Origin: Candidatus Aadella gelida
Lineage (GTDB): Bacteria; Omnitrophota; Gorgyraeia; Tantalellales; Tantalellaceae
Direction of reading: 5' to 3'
DNA length: 55,242 bases
Assembly (NCBI GenBank): GCA_030765205.1
Contig: JAVCDB010000017.1
Span: 1-55,242 of the forward strand
How positions within the stretch are numbered: the stretch's first letter is position 1; the number at the start of each line of letters is the position of its first letter. The notes below the pieces were generated by a model, which had not been told where the DNA came from, ran no database searches, and saw nothing but the letters and a program-made list of their open reading frames with translations. Position numbers and translations under genes: made by a program. Below, piece after piece: positions 1-8,632 of this stretch.

Positions 1-20
1 AAGAAGGCAGGTTAAACGAG

Positions 21-2807
21 TTGTTAGAACGCGTGTATGATATTATCGAGACCTTAAGGGAAGATATCTTGTATATTCCCGACCCACTATACTCGCTCGA
101 TATTACTTTTGGACGAAATTATCGTGAAGAAATACGAGATAAGGTGCAAAAAGCTATAGATGCCATAGCCAGGGGTAATGAGCCGCCCGCATGCACTTCC
201 CTTTGGGCTGTTTCACATCTTCTTGCGGAGGAACTATTCTTAATAGAGAAAGCAGGTAAAGGGAAACGTACTCGCAGCGTATGGGACAAGAGAAGAAAGA
301 AGATATGGGCGGTTCTTTCCGGGCAATATGTGAAACATAAAGTAGAGGGTGAAACTGAAAGAGATGTTTTTATAAAAGAAAAAAAGATAAAAAAATCGGA
401 ATTATTCTGGCAGGCAATACGTGCGCGTGACAGAGAGATAGATAGGATGCTTGATGAGCGTGACCTGATAAAAGGTAAAGTGGAAAGATTAAATGAGTTC
501 ATTGAAGCTCTTGATGAAGAGAAAAGGGACCGGGGAAAACTGACAGAACTTGGGTTGACTCAGGAAGGAGAAAAAGAATTTAGGGAGCTATTGCTAGAAA
601 TATGGGACCTTTTGCTTAGAGCTAAAGTAAAAGAAAAGGATATAGCCCTTGAAGCAATACGATCAGCAACAGAACTTTTGAAGATAGATGAGTACGGGAA
701 TATGCTGGAACTGTTAAGAGTGTCTTCAACTCTCCTTATGACACGGGTGGAATCATTGGAAGGGATGATAAACAATATCATAAAAGGGAGACTGCGGGAG
801 CTCAGGAGTAAAGGGCATGAACGTAATAGCCGTTATATATGGAAAACAGATAAAGTCATATCATTTATAGAGGAAGGTGAAAAGGAAAGAGCATTAGGTT
901 TAATATTCGGTATGCTTAACGACTGGGATACCAGAAAGGAACCCGAATTTTACAGAATGAACAATGTCCTGGGTAAAGCCAAGTCGGACCTAGAAAGAGA
1001 TGATATTGAAAGCGTCAAGAAAATGATGTCCATAATGAAGAAGAGAGTTGAGCTGATGGGGCTTCTGAACTCTTTTGTGGAGGATTTTAGGGATACTTAT
1101 GTTGATGCCCGGTTAGAAAATGAGTCAGAGAAACATATAAACTCGATTTTTGATCAGAAATTTGATCAATATTTAAAATTCGCGCAGGAGAGTAATATCG
1201 GCAGGGGATCCCCGCGTTTGGTACGCACTCTTTTTTACCTACCTATTCATGTAAGCATAAACATGCCCGATCCTGAAAAACCATCCAAAAAGATAAAGAA
1301 CCCCTTGTTCACAGCCTGCCTGGATCTGATAAGAATACTTGAGATCAATGATATTGATATTCTTGTTAGATCTCTTGACAGAGAGAAGAAAAAATTCCCG
1401 GATCTTTATGACCTGTTGAAACAATATAAAAATAAAAAGTTCAAAGATCTAGATTCTCTCTCGAGACAGGATTACAGAAGACTTTTGGCGGCACTTTCTA
1501 AAGATGCCAGGCTAGACGAGATGCAGACGGAATTATTATTTAAAACTTTAGAAAATATAGATAGCCTTGCTTCCTTTTCTCGGGAAAATGATAAAATTGG
1601 GATGGAGAGTATAGGGGAGATCCTGCCTAGGGTGATCGAGTCATTGATCACGGCAGGGCACGAGGTATCTTCCTCAGGGATTTCGGAGAAAACAGAATCA
1701 ACTGTTTTCAGTAGAGTTTATAGGGCAGCTACATCAGACACACAATTTCGAAAGAAACTTATTGATGAGTGGGAAAAAGACCTCGATCTCTTCAATTTTG
1801 ACCTGGTGAATAGTCGTAAATTATCCTCGGTAATAAGAGAGGTTTTGATAAATTCTTGTGAAAGTATAGAACGCAAACACAAAGAGCTGGATAATGATGT
1901 GCAGGAAAATCATATAGGTGAGATTAAGATTGAAGCAGACTTGTTTCATGATACTTTGAGTATTCAAATAGAGGACAACGGCGTCGGGATAGGTACGACC
2001 GATATCCCGAGATCCTCTAAGGGGAAAAACGGCGGTTCTGGTTTGGTTTATTGTCGGGAAACTCTGCATCAGGCAGGGGGCGTGATCGTTTGGAAAGATA
2101 AAGAGGATGGCGGGACAAGCGTTACTATTTCGCTTCCCATTAGTTCCATTAAAGATTATAACAGAGGCATGATCGGGAAACTCGAATTGATGAACGTAGA
2201 TGGGGAAAAGAATGTAAGAAAAAAGAGCAAAGATCAAAAAATAGGCATATTTATCGATGAAAGATTAGGCGACGGATCGGTTTCAGGAATGACGGAAATG
2301 ATGGAAAAAATGGCTTATCGAAACGATCTTTTAGGGAAACTCCTCAATAATGTTGTGATAAAAAGAGGTAATGTAGAAGATGTTTCACGCGGACTTGAAG
2401 GCTTCGTAAAGAAAAAAAATATTCGTAAAGAGGATATGGTAATAATAACTCGTGATGAGGATATTTCTGTGCTTGAAGATTATGAGGGTATATCTGTAAT
2501 AACGAAAGTGGATGACAGTAAAATGAAAGAGGATGCATATTATCCGATCTTGGAGATAATACTTTTTACCGTAGCCCGCATGAAAATTCTTGAATATACA
2601 AAAGATGATCTTGAAAAGATATATCGTTCTATACCCAATGCTGAAGAACTCAGTGCGGATGATGTTACGGATCTATGTTGGGACCAGCAGAATGGCCGCT
2701 CGAGGAGCACCATAGTCATTAGATTGGGCCTTCCTGATGCTGATACGGTTACAGCCGACACCGAACTCTACAACAAAATAGCCAACTACATAGAACAAAA
2801 CGCCTAA
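21..2807 (+). CDS. Large soluble protein with a long helical, charged N-terminal region, a histidine-kinase-type GHKL ATPase (HATPase_c) domain at about nt 1830-2150, and a C-terminal domain of about 210 aa that I do not recognise. The 5' end may lie upstream of the window.
   Basis: The ORF is 928 codons. It contains an N-box-like EVLINSCES, a G1 box DNGVGI and a G2 box GGSGLVY followed by GGTSVTISLPI, which is the typical end of an HK ATPase domain. There is no in-frame stop between nt 3 and the TTG at nt 21, so the true start may be outside the window. No transmembrane segment is obvious. Confidence 0.7.
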   Translation: MLERVYDIIETLREDILYIPDPLYSLDITFGRNYREEIRDKVQKAIDAIARGNEPPACTSLWAVSHLLAEELFLIEKAGKGKRTRSVWDKRRKKIWAVLSGQYVKHKVEGETERDVFIKEKKIKKSELFWQAIRARDREIDRMLDERDLIKGKVERLNEFIEALDEEKRDRGKLTELGLTQEGEKEFRELLLEIWDLLLRAKVKEKDIALEAIRSATELLKIDEYGNMLELLRVSSTLLMTRVESLEGMINNIIKGRLRELRSKGHERNSRYIWKTDKVISFIEEGEKERALGLIFGMLNDWDTRKEPEFYRMNNVLGKAKSDLERDDIESVKKMMSIMKKRVELMGLLNSFVEDFRDTYVDARLENESEKHINSIFDQKFDQYLKFAQESNIGRGSPRLVRTLFYLPIHVSINMPDPEKPSKKIKNPLFTACLDLIRILEINDIDILVRSLDREKKKFPDLYDLLKQYKNKKFKDLDSLSRQDYRRLLAALSKDARLDEMQTELLFKTLENIDSLASFSRENDKIGMESIGEILPRVIESLITAGHEVSSSGISEKTESTVFSRVYRAATSDTQFRKKLIDEWEKDLDLFNFDLVNSRKLSSVIREVLINSCESIERKHKELDNDVQENHIGEIKIEADLFHDTLSIQIEDNGVGIGTTDIPRSSKGKNGGSGLVYCRETLHQAGGVIVWKDKEDGGTSVTISLPISSIKDYNRGMIGKLELMNVDGEKNVRKKSKDQKIGIFIDERLGDGSVSGMTEMMEKMAYRNDLLGKLLNNVVIKRGNVEDVSRGLEGFVKKKNIRKEDMVIITRDEDISVLEDYEGISVITKVDDSKMKEDAYYPILEIILFTVARMKILEYTKDDLEKIYRSIPNAEELSADDVTDLCWDQQNGRSRSTIVIRLGLPDADTVTADTELYNKIANYIEQNA

Positions 2808-2914
2808 CCCCCACCGCCCGATTTTGTACCGTTTCTTTGCTTCAAAGCTATCGCTTTGAACAAAGGCCCCTGTAAGCGTAACAAGGTAGCATAACACGGT
2901 GTGCTAATTTGTGA

Positions 2915-2966
2915 GGCGCCGAGGACGTAATGTCCGAGGTGTGTCGAAACCTCCGTGTTTCGACGA
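2915..2966 (+). repeat. 52-nt dispersed repeat, copy 1 (GGCGCCGAGGACGTAATGTCCGAGGTG.GTCGAAA.CTCC..GTTTCGACGA).
   Basis: It is near-identical to 20902-20953, with the first 27 nt identical and about 4 mismatches overall. It contains the hairpin GTCGAAA/TTTCGAC. Confidence 0.8.
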
Positions 2967-3059
2967 AGTGTCCCCTTTTTTGTGTTTAAAGGTGTCCCTC
3001 CGTTCAATAAAATTTCAATTTTTGTATACACACAGAATATGTTGACATATAATGCATTA

Positions 3060-3530
3060 ATGGGAAAAGAGAAAAAGATAGCAGAGATACTTATCAAAAA
3101 GGGGCTGACACTTGCTGTGGCAGAATCGTGTACGGGAGGGTTCATATCCAGCAGGATTACCGATATTCCGGGATCTTCTCAATTCTTTAAAGGTGGAATT
3201 GTAGCTTATTCTAATGACGTTAAGATGTCTTCTCTAGATGTTCCGGGAATCCTTATAAAAGAATACGGGGCAGTAAGTTCTCAAGTAGCTGATGTTATGG
3301 CGGAAAAGGCGCGGAAGACATTGGGTGCGGATGTAGCGGTATCTATTACCGGGATAGCTGGACCGTTGGGAGGGACAAAGGAAAAACCTGTCGGATTAGC
3401 ATATATGACGTTTTCATCCAGAGAAAAGACCACCTCTTGTAAAGTTATGCTCAAAAAAGATTCGCGTATCAAATTGAAGGATCGGTTCGCTAATGCAGTA
3501 TTCGATCTTATTATAGACAATATGAAATGA
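3060..3530 (+). CDS. pncC: CinA C-terminal domain protein / nicotinamide-nucleotide amidohydrolase PncC.
   Basis: The motif LTLAVAESCTGGFISSRITDIPGSSQFFKGGIVAYSNDVK is typical of the CinA_C/PncC family. I prefer the ATG at 3060 (MGKEKKIAEIL) over the ORF-track start at 2955, because that extension runs through the inverted-repeat element. Confidence 0.85.
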   Translation: MGKEKKIAEILIKKGLTLAVAESCTGGFISSRITDIPGSSQFFKGGIVAYSNDVKMSSLDVPGILIKEYGAVSSQVADVMAEKARKTLGADVAVSITGIAGPLGGTKEKPVGLAYMTFSSREKTTSCKVMLKKDSRIKLKDRFANAVFDLIIDNMK

Positions 3531-3660
3531 AATAAGCACATATCCTCGCATTCTATCTTAACCAAATACCACGCACTATTTATTCTTTAAAAGTGTTCTT
3601 ACAAAGTTTTTTTGGAGAAAAATCCGAGAAAATGTGTCTATATTGTAAGGAGGTGGTACT

Positions 3661-4158
3661 ATGACAAGACCATCAAGATTTTTTATCGACAACTATTGTT
3701 ACCATTTAAGATCTCGGGGGAATGACAAACAGAATATTTTTTTATCTGATGAAGATCATCTTAGATATCTCAATATGATAAAAAGAGCAAAAGGGAAGTG
3801 TGATATACGGTTATATGCGTATTGCCTTATGCCTAACCATTTTCATTTGCTTGTTCAGGCAGATAATTCTAAAAAGATGTCAAAATTTATGCATTGGATC
3901 AATCGAGGGTATACGGCATACTTCAATGCCAAATACGATAAAGTGGGACATCTTTGGCAAGGAAGATTCAAAAGCAGCCCGATTATGAATGGGCAATATC
4001 TGGTGAATGTAGCTACATATATCGAAAATAACCCAGTAAGAAGTCTTTTGGTTAATGATCCAGCAGAATACAGGTGGAGTAGTTATGGAGAAAGATGTCT
4101 TTTAGCTAAAAAGCGTATGCTTGATCCTATAGAACTAGATCTGACCTATACCCCTTAA
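3661..4158 (+). CDS. REP-associated tyrosine transposase (RayT) / IS200-like Y1 HUH transposase family protein.
   Basis: It has the HUH motif PNHFHLLV and a catalytic-Tyr region ATYIENNPVR. A strong RBS AAGGAGG lies 6-7 nt upstream. The stop codon abuts the right inverted repeat. Confidence 0.85.
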   Translation: MTRPSRFFIDNYCYHLRSRGNDKQNIFLSDEDHLRYLNMIKRAKGKCDIRLYAYCLMPNHFHLLVQADNSKKMSKFMHWINRGYTAYFNAKYDKVGHLWQGRFKSSPIMNGQYLVNVATYIENNPVRSLLVNDPAEYRWSSYGERCLLAKKRMLDPIELDLTYTP

Positions 4159-4268
4159 AGGGACACTTTTAAACACAAAAAAGGGGACACTTGCAAGGCT
4201 AAATTTGCAAACGGTACAAAAACGGTGGAAGTAGGGAGATGTGAGTAGGGAGGTTGAGAATAAAAGAC

Positions 4269-4298
4269 TTTACAATGAATAAGGCTAGTCTGTATAAT
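4269..4298 (+). promoter_or_regulatory. Candidate sigma70-type promoter of recA: TTTACA, an 18-nt spacer, then TATAAT.
   Basis: TTTACA lies at 4269-4274 and TATAAT at 4293-4298, about 65 nt upstream of the recA ATG. Confidence 0.4.
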
Positions 4299-4364
4299 GT
4301 GTAATAATAATATTCATAAAGTATGGAGTTATAGATAATAGTGGAGACATGAACCGGGAGGCAT

Positions 4365-5399
4365 ATGATGGTGAAAAAAGTTGATAAAATAGGCGCTGAA
4401 GCAAAAAGTGAAACAAAAGGAAAAGATAAGGCGTTGGAATTGGCACTTACTAAAATAGAGAAGGATTTTGGGCAAGGCGCGATAATGAAAATGGGTGAAG
4501 GATATAAGATCGAGATCGGGACTATATCTACCGGGTCGATATCTTTGGATAGTGCTTTAGGTATAGGTGGTATGCCCAGAGGAAGAGTAGTTGAGATATT
4601 CGGACCGGAATCCAGCGGGAAAACTACTTTGGCCCTTAATATTCTGGCAAATGCCCAGAAAACTGGAGGCGAAGTAGCGTTTATAGACGCTGAACACGCT
4701 ATGGATCCGGCTTATGCTCAAAAGATCGGTGTAAATCTGGATACCCTGCTTATATCTCAACCCGATAATGGTGAGCAGGCACTTGAGATAGTTGAAACTT
4801 TGGTTAGGAGTAATGCTTTGGATGTTATTGTTATAGATTCTGTGGCGGCTCTTACTCCTAGGAAAGAAATAGAAGGGGATATGGGCGACTCACATATGGG
4901 ACTGCAGGCTAGGCTTATGAGTCAGGCTCTTAGAAAACTTACGTCAATTATCAGTAAATCCAAAACTTGCGTAATATTCATAAACCAGATAAGGATGAAG
5001 ATCGGTGTTATGTTCGGTAATCCTGAAACTACTACCGGAGGGAATGCTTTAAAGTTCTATTCTTCTGTTAGAGTTGATCTTAGGCGTATTGCGTCACTTA
5101 AAAAAGGTGATCAGATCATTGGGAATAGGGTGAGGGCAAAAGTGGTCAAGAACAAGATGGCTCCGCCGTTCAAAAAAGCTGAATTTGATATTATGTTCGA
5201 TGAAGGGATATCAAGGTCATCTAGTATAATCGATATGGCCGAAGAGATTGGGATAATTAAAAAGACCGGGACGTGGCTATCTTATGGTGAAGAAAAGATA
5301 GGGCAAGGAAAAGAGAACGCGCGTATCTATCTTAAAGAAAATAAGCAGCTTTTGAATAATATCGAGAAAGAAGTCAAGAAAGCTGTTGATATGAAATAG
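4365..5399 (+). CDS. recA: Recombinase RecA.
   Basis: It has the Walker A motif [21 protein letters not shown]-type motifs and conservation along the full length. The RBS is GGGAGG. Confidence 0.98.
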   Translation: MMVKKVDKIGAEAKSETKGKDKALELALTKIEKDFGQGAIMKMGEGYKIEIGTISTGSISLDSALGIGGMPRGRVVEIFGPESSGKTTLALNILANAQKTGGEVAFIDAEHAMDPAYAQKIGVNLDTLLISQPDNGEQALEIVETLVRSNALDVIVIDSVAALTPRKEIEGDMGDSHMGLQARLMSQALRKLTSIISKSKTCVIFINQIRMKIGVMFGNPETTTGGNALKFYSSVRVDLRRIASLKKGDQIIGNRVRAKVVKNKMAPPFKKAEFDIMFDEGISRSSSIIDMAEEIGIIKKTGTWLSYGEEKIGQGKENARIYLKENKQLLNNIEKEVKKAVDMK

Positions 5400-5437
5400 T
5401 CTTCTGTAGACTCGATCTAACCGTAAAAATTTATAGT

Positions 5438-5911
5438 ATGAACAAAGAAAAAGAAAAAGGTATTAGGTATTGCCTGCGCCTGTTATCAGTCAGGTCTCGA
5501 AGTGTGCATGAAGTCAGAGAAAGGTTGATAGGAAAAGAATATACTGCTGAGAATGCGGATGAGATCCTTGAAGAACTTAAAAAAGAAGATATATTGAACG
5601 ATAAGAAATTTGCGGAAGAATGGATAGATACTCGGCTTCGAACGACTCCTAGATCTGCCCGTGTATTGAGGCTGGAGTTAACTCAAAAGGGAGTGTCTTC
5701 GGATATTATTGATGAGGCCTTTTTGAAGAGAGAAGATGATCTCAAGGATTCGGTGGTAGCTGAGGAGATTGCGCGAAGAAAAATGAAAAGTATGGGGAAC
5801 CAACCCAAAAGTGATGTTAAAGTGAAACTGTTCAGGTTTCTTACGGGTAAAGGGTTTGATCCGGAAATATCAGAAGAGATAATATGTAGGGTTTTTGAAA
5901 ATGAATTCTAA
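5438..5911 (+). CDS. recX: Recombination regulator RecX.
   Basis: It has RecX-like repeats (RYCLRLLSVRSRSVHEVRERL) and lies immediately downstream of recA. Confidence 0.85.
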   Translation: MNKEKEKGIRYCLRLLSVRSRSVHEVRERLIGKEYTAENADEILEELKKEDILNDKKFAEEWIDTRLRTTPRSARVLRLELTQKGVSSDIIDEAFLKREDDLKDSVVAEEIARRKMKSMGNQPKSDVKVKLFRFLTGKGFDPEISEEIICRVFENEF

Positions 5912-8621
5912 TGAGATAAGAGAAAATTTTTTAAGATTTTTTGAAGAAAAGGGACATACCAGAGTCTCTAGTGATCTTCTTGTGCCAAGGAATGATCCTA
6001 CTCTGCTTTTTACCGGAGCGGGTATGAATCAGTTCAAGGATCAGTTCATGGGTAAGAATATCACGTATAAAAGAGCCGCGTCTTCCCAGAAATGTATAAG
6101 AACAGGGGATGTTGAGAATGTTGGAAAAACACCTCGGCATCATACTTTTTTCGAAATGCTTGGCAATTTTTCTTTTGGAGATTATTTTAAGAAAGAAGCT
6201 ATCTTTTGGGGTTGGGAATTTATGACAAAAGAGATGGGGATCCCGGAAGAGAAATTATGGATATCGGTGTATGAAGAAGATGACGAATCCTATGCGATAT
6301 GGAAGGATGAGGTTAAAATACCCGAGGAATGTATAGTGAAGCTTGGCGCGGAAGATAATTTCTGGCCTGCAGACGCTCCCAAAAACGGACCCAATGGTCC
6401 ATGCGGTCCGTGTTCTGAGATATTTTATGATTGGGGAATCTCGTATGGATGCGGGAAGAAAGGATGCAATCCGGCATGTGATTGCGGTAGATTTGTCGAG
6501 ATATGGAATCTTGTTTTCACTGAATTTGAAAGGAAAAGTGACGGATCTCTCGAGCCCCTTCCCAGTAAGAATATCGATACGGGGATGGGACTTGAAAGGA
6601 TAACCGCGGTCAAGCAGGGTGTGTACACTAATTTTGGGACAGATCTTTTTGTTCCGATATTGGACAAGATAAAAGAAGAATTAGGAGCGTTAAAGGATAG
6701 CGTAGCGGAAAACGAGACATATTTGATGGCCGATCATGTACGTGCGGCTGTTTTCGCGATATGTGACGGTGTCTCGCCGTCAAATGAGAAGCAAGGGTAT
6801 GTGATACGAAAACTCATAAGGCGCGCATATCTTAAAGGCAGAGAACTGGGAAAACCGTTCCTGTATGGCGTGGTACCGGTTATAGCTGATAAGTTCAGAG
6901 AAGAGTATCCGGATCTTTATGATAAAAGAGAACATGTAGCGGCTATAGTTAGAGAGGAAGAGCAGCGGTTTTGTGAAACTTTAAAATCGGTCATGCCCAT
7001 AATGGAAGACATGCTTTTCGAGGCAGGCAAGGTATTGACGGGTGAGAAGGTATTCAAATTGGTTGATACGTACGGTATGCCGTTTGAGATCATAGATAGT
7101 ATATGCGCGGAGAAAGGTATTAGCCCGGATGTTAAAGGCTTTGAAGTATTGATGGAAAACCGAAAAGAAGAGTCGCGCAAGGGGAGCGATATTTCCTGCG
7201 ATTTTATATTTAAGCCAGATAGTTTTAATGATGCTCCCAGACCGGAGTTCTCGGATGAAATGCCGTTTGATGCCAAGTTAGCCTTCATTTTAAAAAACGG
7301 CGCAGAAGTCAAAAAAATAGATAGCGGAGATTGTGTAGAGATAGTGACATCCCCTCAGAGTTCGATTCTGTACGCGGAGTCCGGGGGACAAATTGGAGAC
7401 TCGGGTAAGATAATCAAGTCGGGTGCGAGGATGGATATAGTCAATACGGTTATTTCGGACGGTAGGAAAATACTTCTGGTTGTTGTGAAAGAAGGGTCTT
7501 TTTCTTCGGGAGATGATGTTACTGTAGACCTTAAAGACGAAAAGAAAAATAATACCGCTAAGAATCATACGGCTACACATCTTATTCAGGCGGCTCTTAG
7601 GCAGGTTCTTGGACATGGAGTGAAACAATCCGGATCTTTTGTGAATGATAAAAGGCTTAGATTTGATTTTACGCATATGAGGAAACTTTCGCACAAAGAA
7701 ATAGTTGAAGTGCAGGATATGGTCAATGGATGGATCGAGGCAGGAATTTCTGTCAGCAAGGAGAATAAATCGATTGACGAAGCGAAAAAGGAAGGTGCTT
7801 TATCCTTTTTTGGTGAGAAATACGGGGATACGGTACGCGTGGTTACTGTAGGCGGACATTCTAAAGAATTATGCGGCGGCACACATGTGGATAATACAAA
7901 GGATATAGGCGTGATAAAGATCACCGGAGAAAGTTCGGTCGCTAGCGGGATCAGGAGGATAGAAGCTGTCACTTCCGATAATGCTGTTCAATGGATCAAG
8001 GATTCTGTGCGTAATTTATTGGATGAGTATAAAGAAATATCAGGTAGAGATAAGATGGAGTTTGATGAGAAGGAACAGAATATGATAGATGGTATCTTAG
8101 GCGGGAAGACCGTTATAGACGCAGAGGTTGTACATGATGTTGAGGAGGAGATAAGACCTTACCTTCTTAAAAAGGTAGAAGCATTGAAAAAGGAAATTAA
8201 GAAAAAGCAGAAGCAGGAAAGCGCGGATGCTTTCGGTTCAGTCAGAGAAATAACGGACGGGTTTGTTGAGTCCGCACAGACGATAGGGAATATACGTTTA
8301 ATTTCGGGAATATTAGAAAATAGCGAAGCCGCTGTCCTGCGCAAAGCTGTCGGTCATGCCGGCAGGAAGGCTGATAAGGCGGTAATGTTCTTAGGTGCCA
8401 GGAATAACGGTAAAGTGTATCTTATCTGTGCCGTAGATAAAGCTCTTACGGAGCTTGGCATAAACGCGAAAGAGATAATGGATTCAGTCTCCGAAGATAT
8501 AGACGGAGGCGGAGGAGGCAATAATGTTTTTGCGCAGGCCGGTGGTAAAAAACCCGAAGGTCTTGAAGCTGCCATGAAAAAGGTAGAAGAAATATTGATC
8601 AAGGTTAACTCAAAAAGTTAG
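5901..8621 (+). CDS. alaS: Alanine--tRNA ligase.
   Basis: The N-terminus IRENFLRFFEEKGH, the motif TGAGMNQFKD, the editing domain HTATHLIQAAL and a C-terminal DHHA1-like GGGG motif are present. I prefer the ATG at 5901 over the TTG at 5895. The gene overlaps the recX stop. Confidence 0.97.
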   Translation: MNSNEIRENFLRFFEEKGHTRVSSDLLVPRNDPTLLFTGAGMNQFKDQFMGKNITYKRAASSQKCIRTGDVENVGKTPRHHTFFEMLGNFSFGDYFKKEAIFWGWEFMTKEMGIPEEKLWISVYEEDDESYAIWKDEVKIPEECIVKLGAEDNFWPADAPKNGPNGPCGPCSEIFYDWGISYGCGKKGCNPACDCGRFVEIWNLVFTEFERKSDGSLEPLPSKNIDTGMGLERITAVKQGVYTNFGTDLFVPILDKIKEELGALKDSVAENETYLMADHVRAAVFAICDGVSPSNEKQGYVIRKLIRRAYLKGRELGKPFLYGVVPVIADKFREEYPDLYDKREHVAAIVREEEQRFCETLKSVMPIMEDMLFEAGKVLTGEKVFKLVDTYGMPFEIIDSICAEKGISPDVKGFEVLMENRKEESRKGSDISCDFIFKPDSFNDAPRPEFSDEMPFDAKLAFILKNGAEVKKIDSGDCVEIVTSPQSSILYAESGGQIGDSGKIIKSGARMDIVNTVISDGRKILLVVVKEGSFSSGDDVTVDLKDEKKNNTAKNHTATHLIQAALRQVLGHGVKQSGSFVNDKRLRFDFTHMRKLSHKEIVEVQDMVNGWIEAGISVSKENKSIDEAKKEGALSFFGEKYGDTVRVVTVGGHSKELCGGTHVDNTKDIGVIKITGESSVASGIRRIEAVTSDNAVQWIKDSVRNLLDEYKEISGRDKMEFDEKEQNMIDGILGGKTVIDAEVVHDVEEEIRPYLLKKVEALKKEIKKKQKQESADAFGSVREITDGFVESAQTIGNIRLISGILENSEAAVLRKAVGHAGRKADKAVMFLGARNNGKVYLICAVDKALTELGINAKEIMDSVSEDIDGGGGGNNVFAQAGGKKPEGLEAAMKKVEEILIKVNSKS

Positions 8622-8632
8622 TAAAGGGGCAA

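Larger units (their letters stand above)
2811..4228. mobile_element. Candidate REPtron-like cassette: nested inverted repeats bracketing cinA/pncC and a RayT/IS200-like transposase gene.
   Basis: The inner IR, 2966-2999 versus 4159-4192, is reverse-complementary at 33 of 34 positions. The outer IR pairs 2811-2840 (CCACCG...TTTTGTACCGTTT) with 4207-4228 (AAACGGTACAAAA...CGGTGG). The two IRs are 127 nt apart on the left and 16 nt apart on the right. Confidence 0.4.

Noticed and set aside
3042-3053. TTGACATATAAT upstream of pncC as a promoter.
   Set aside because: The -35-like and -10-like hexamers are directly adjacent with no spacer, so they cannot act together. A -10 at 3048-3053 could give a leaderless transcript starting near the ATG at 3060, but that is pure speculation.
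2955-3059. N-terminal extension of the cinA/pncC ORF (MFRRSVPFFVFKG...).
   Set aside because: The extension is encoded by the inverted-repeat element and is absent from CinA_C family N-termini. The ATG at 3060 gives the usual start, KKIAEIL.
3800-3988. ORF 3800-3988 (+).
   Set aside because: It lies in an alternative frame inside the RayT-like gene. It has no motifs, and the RayT frame carries the HUH and Tyr motifs.
4289-4312. Possible LexA/SOS box (CTGTATAATGTGTAATAAT) at the recA promoter.
   Set aside because: It has CTGT but lacks the matching ACAG half-site at the required spacing. It also does not fit the GAAC-N4-GTTC type.
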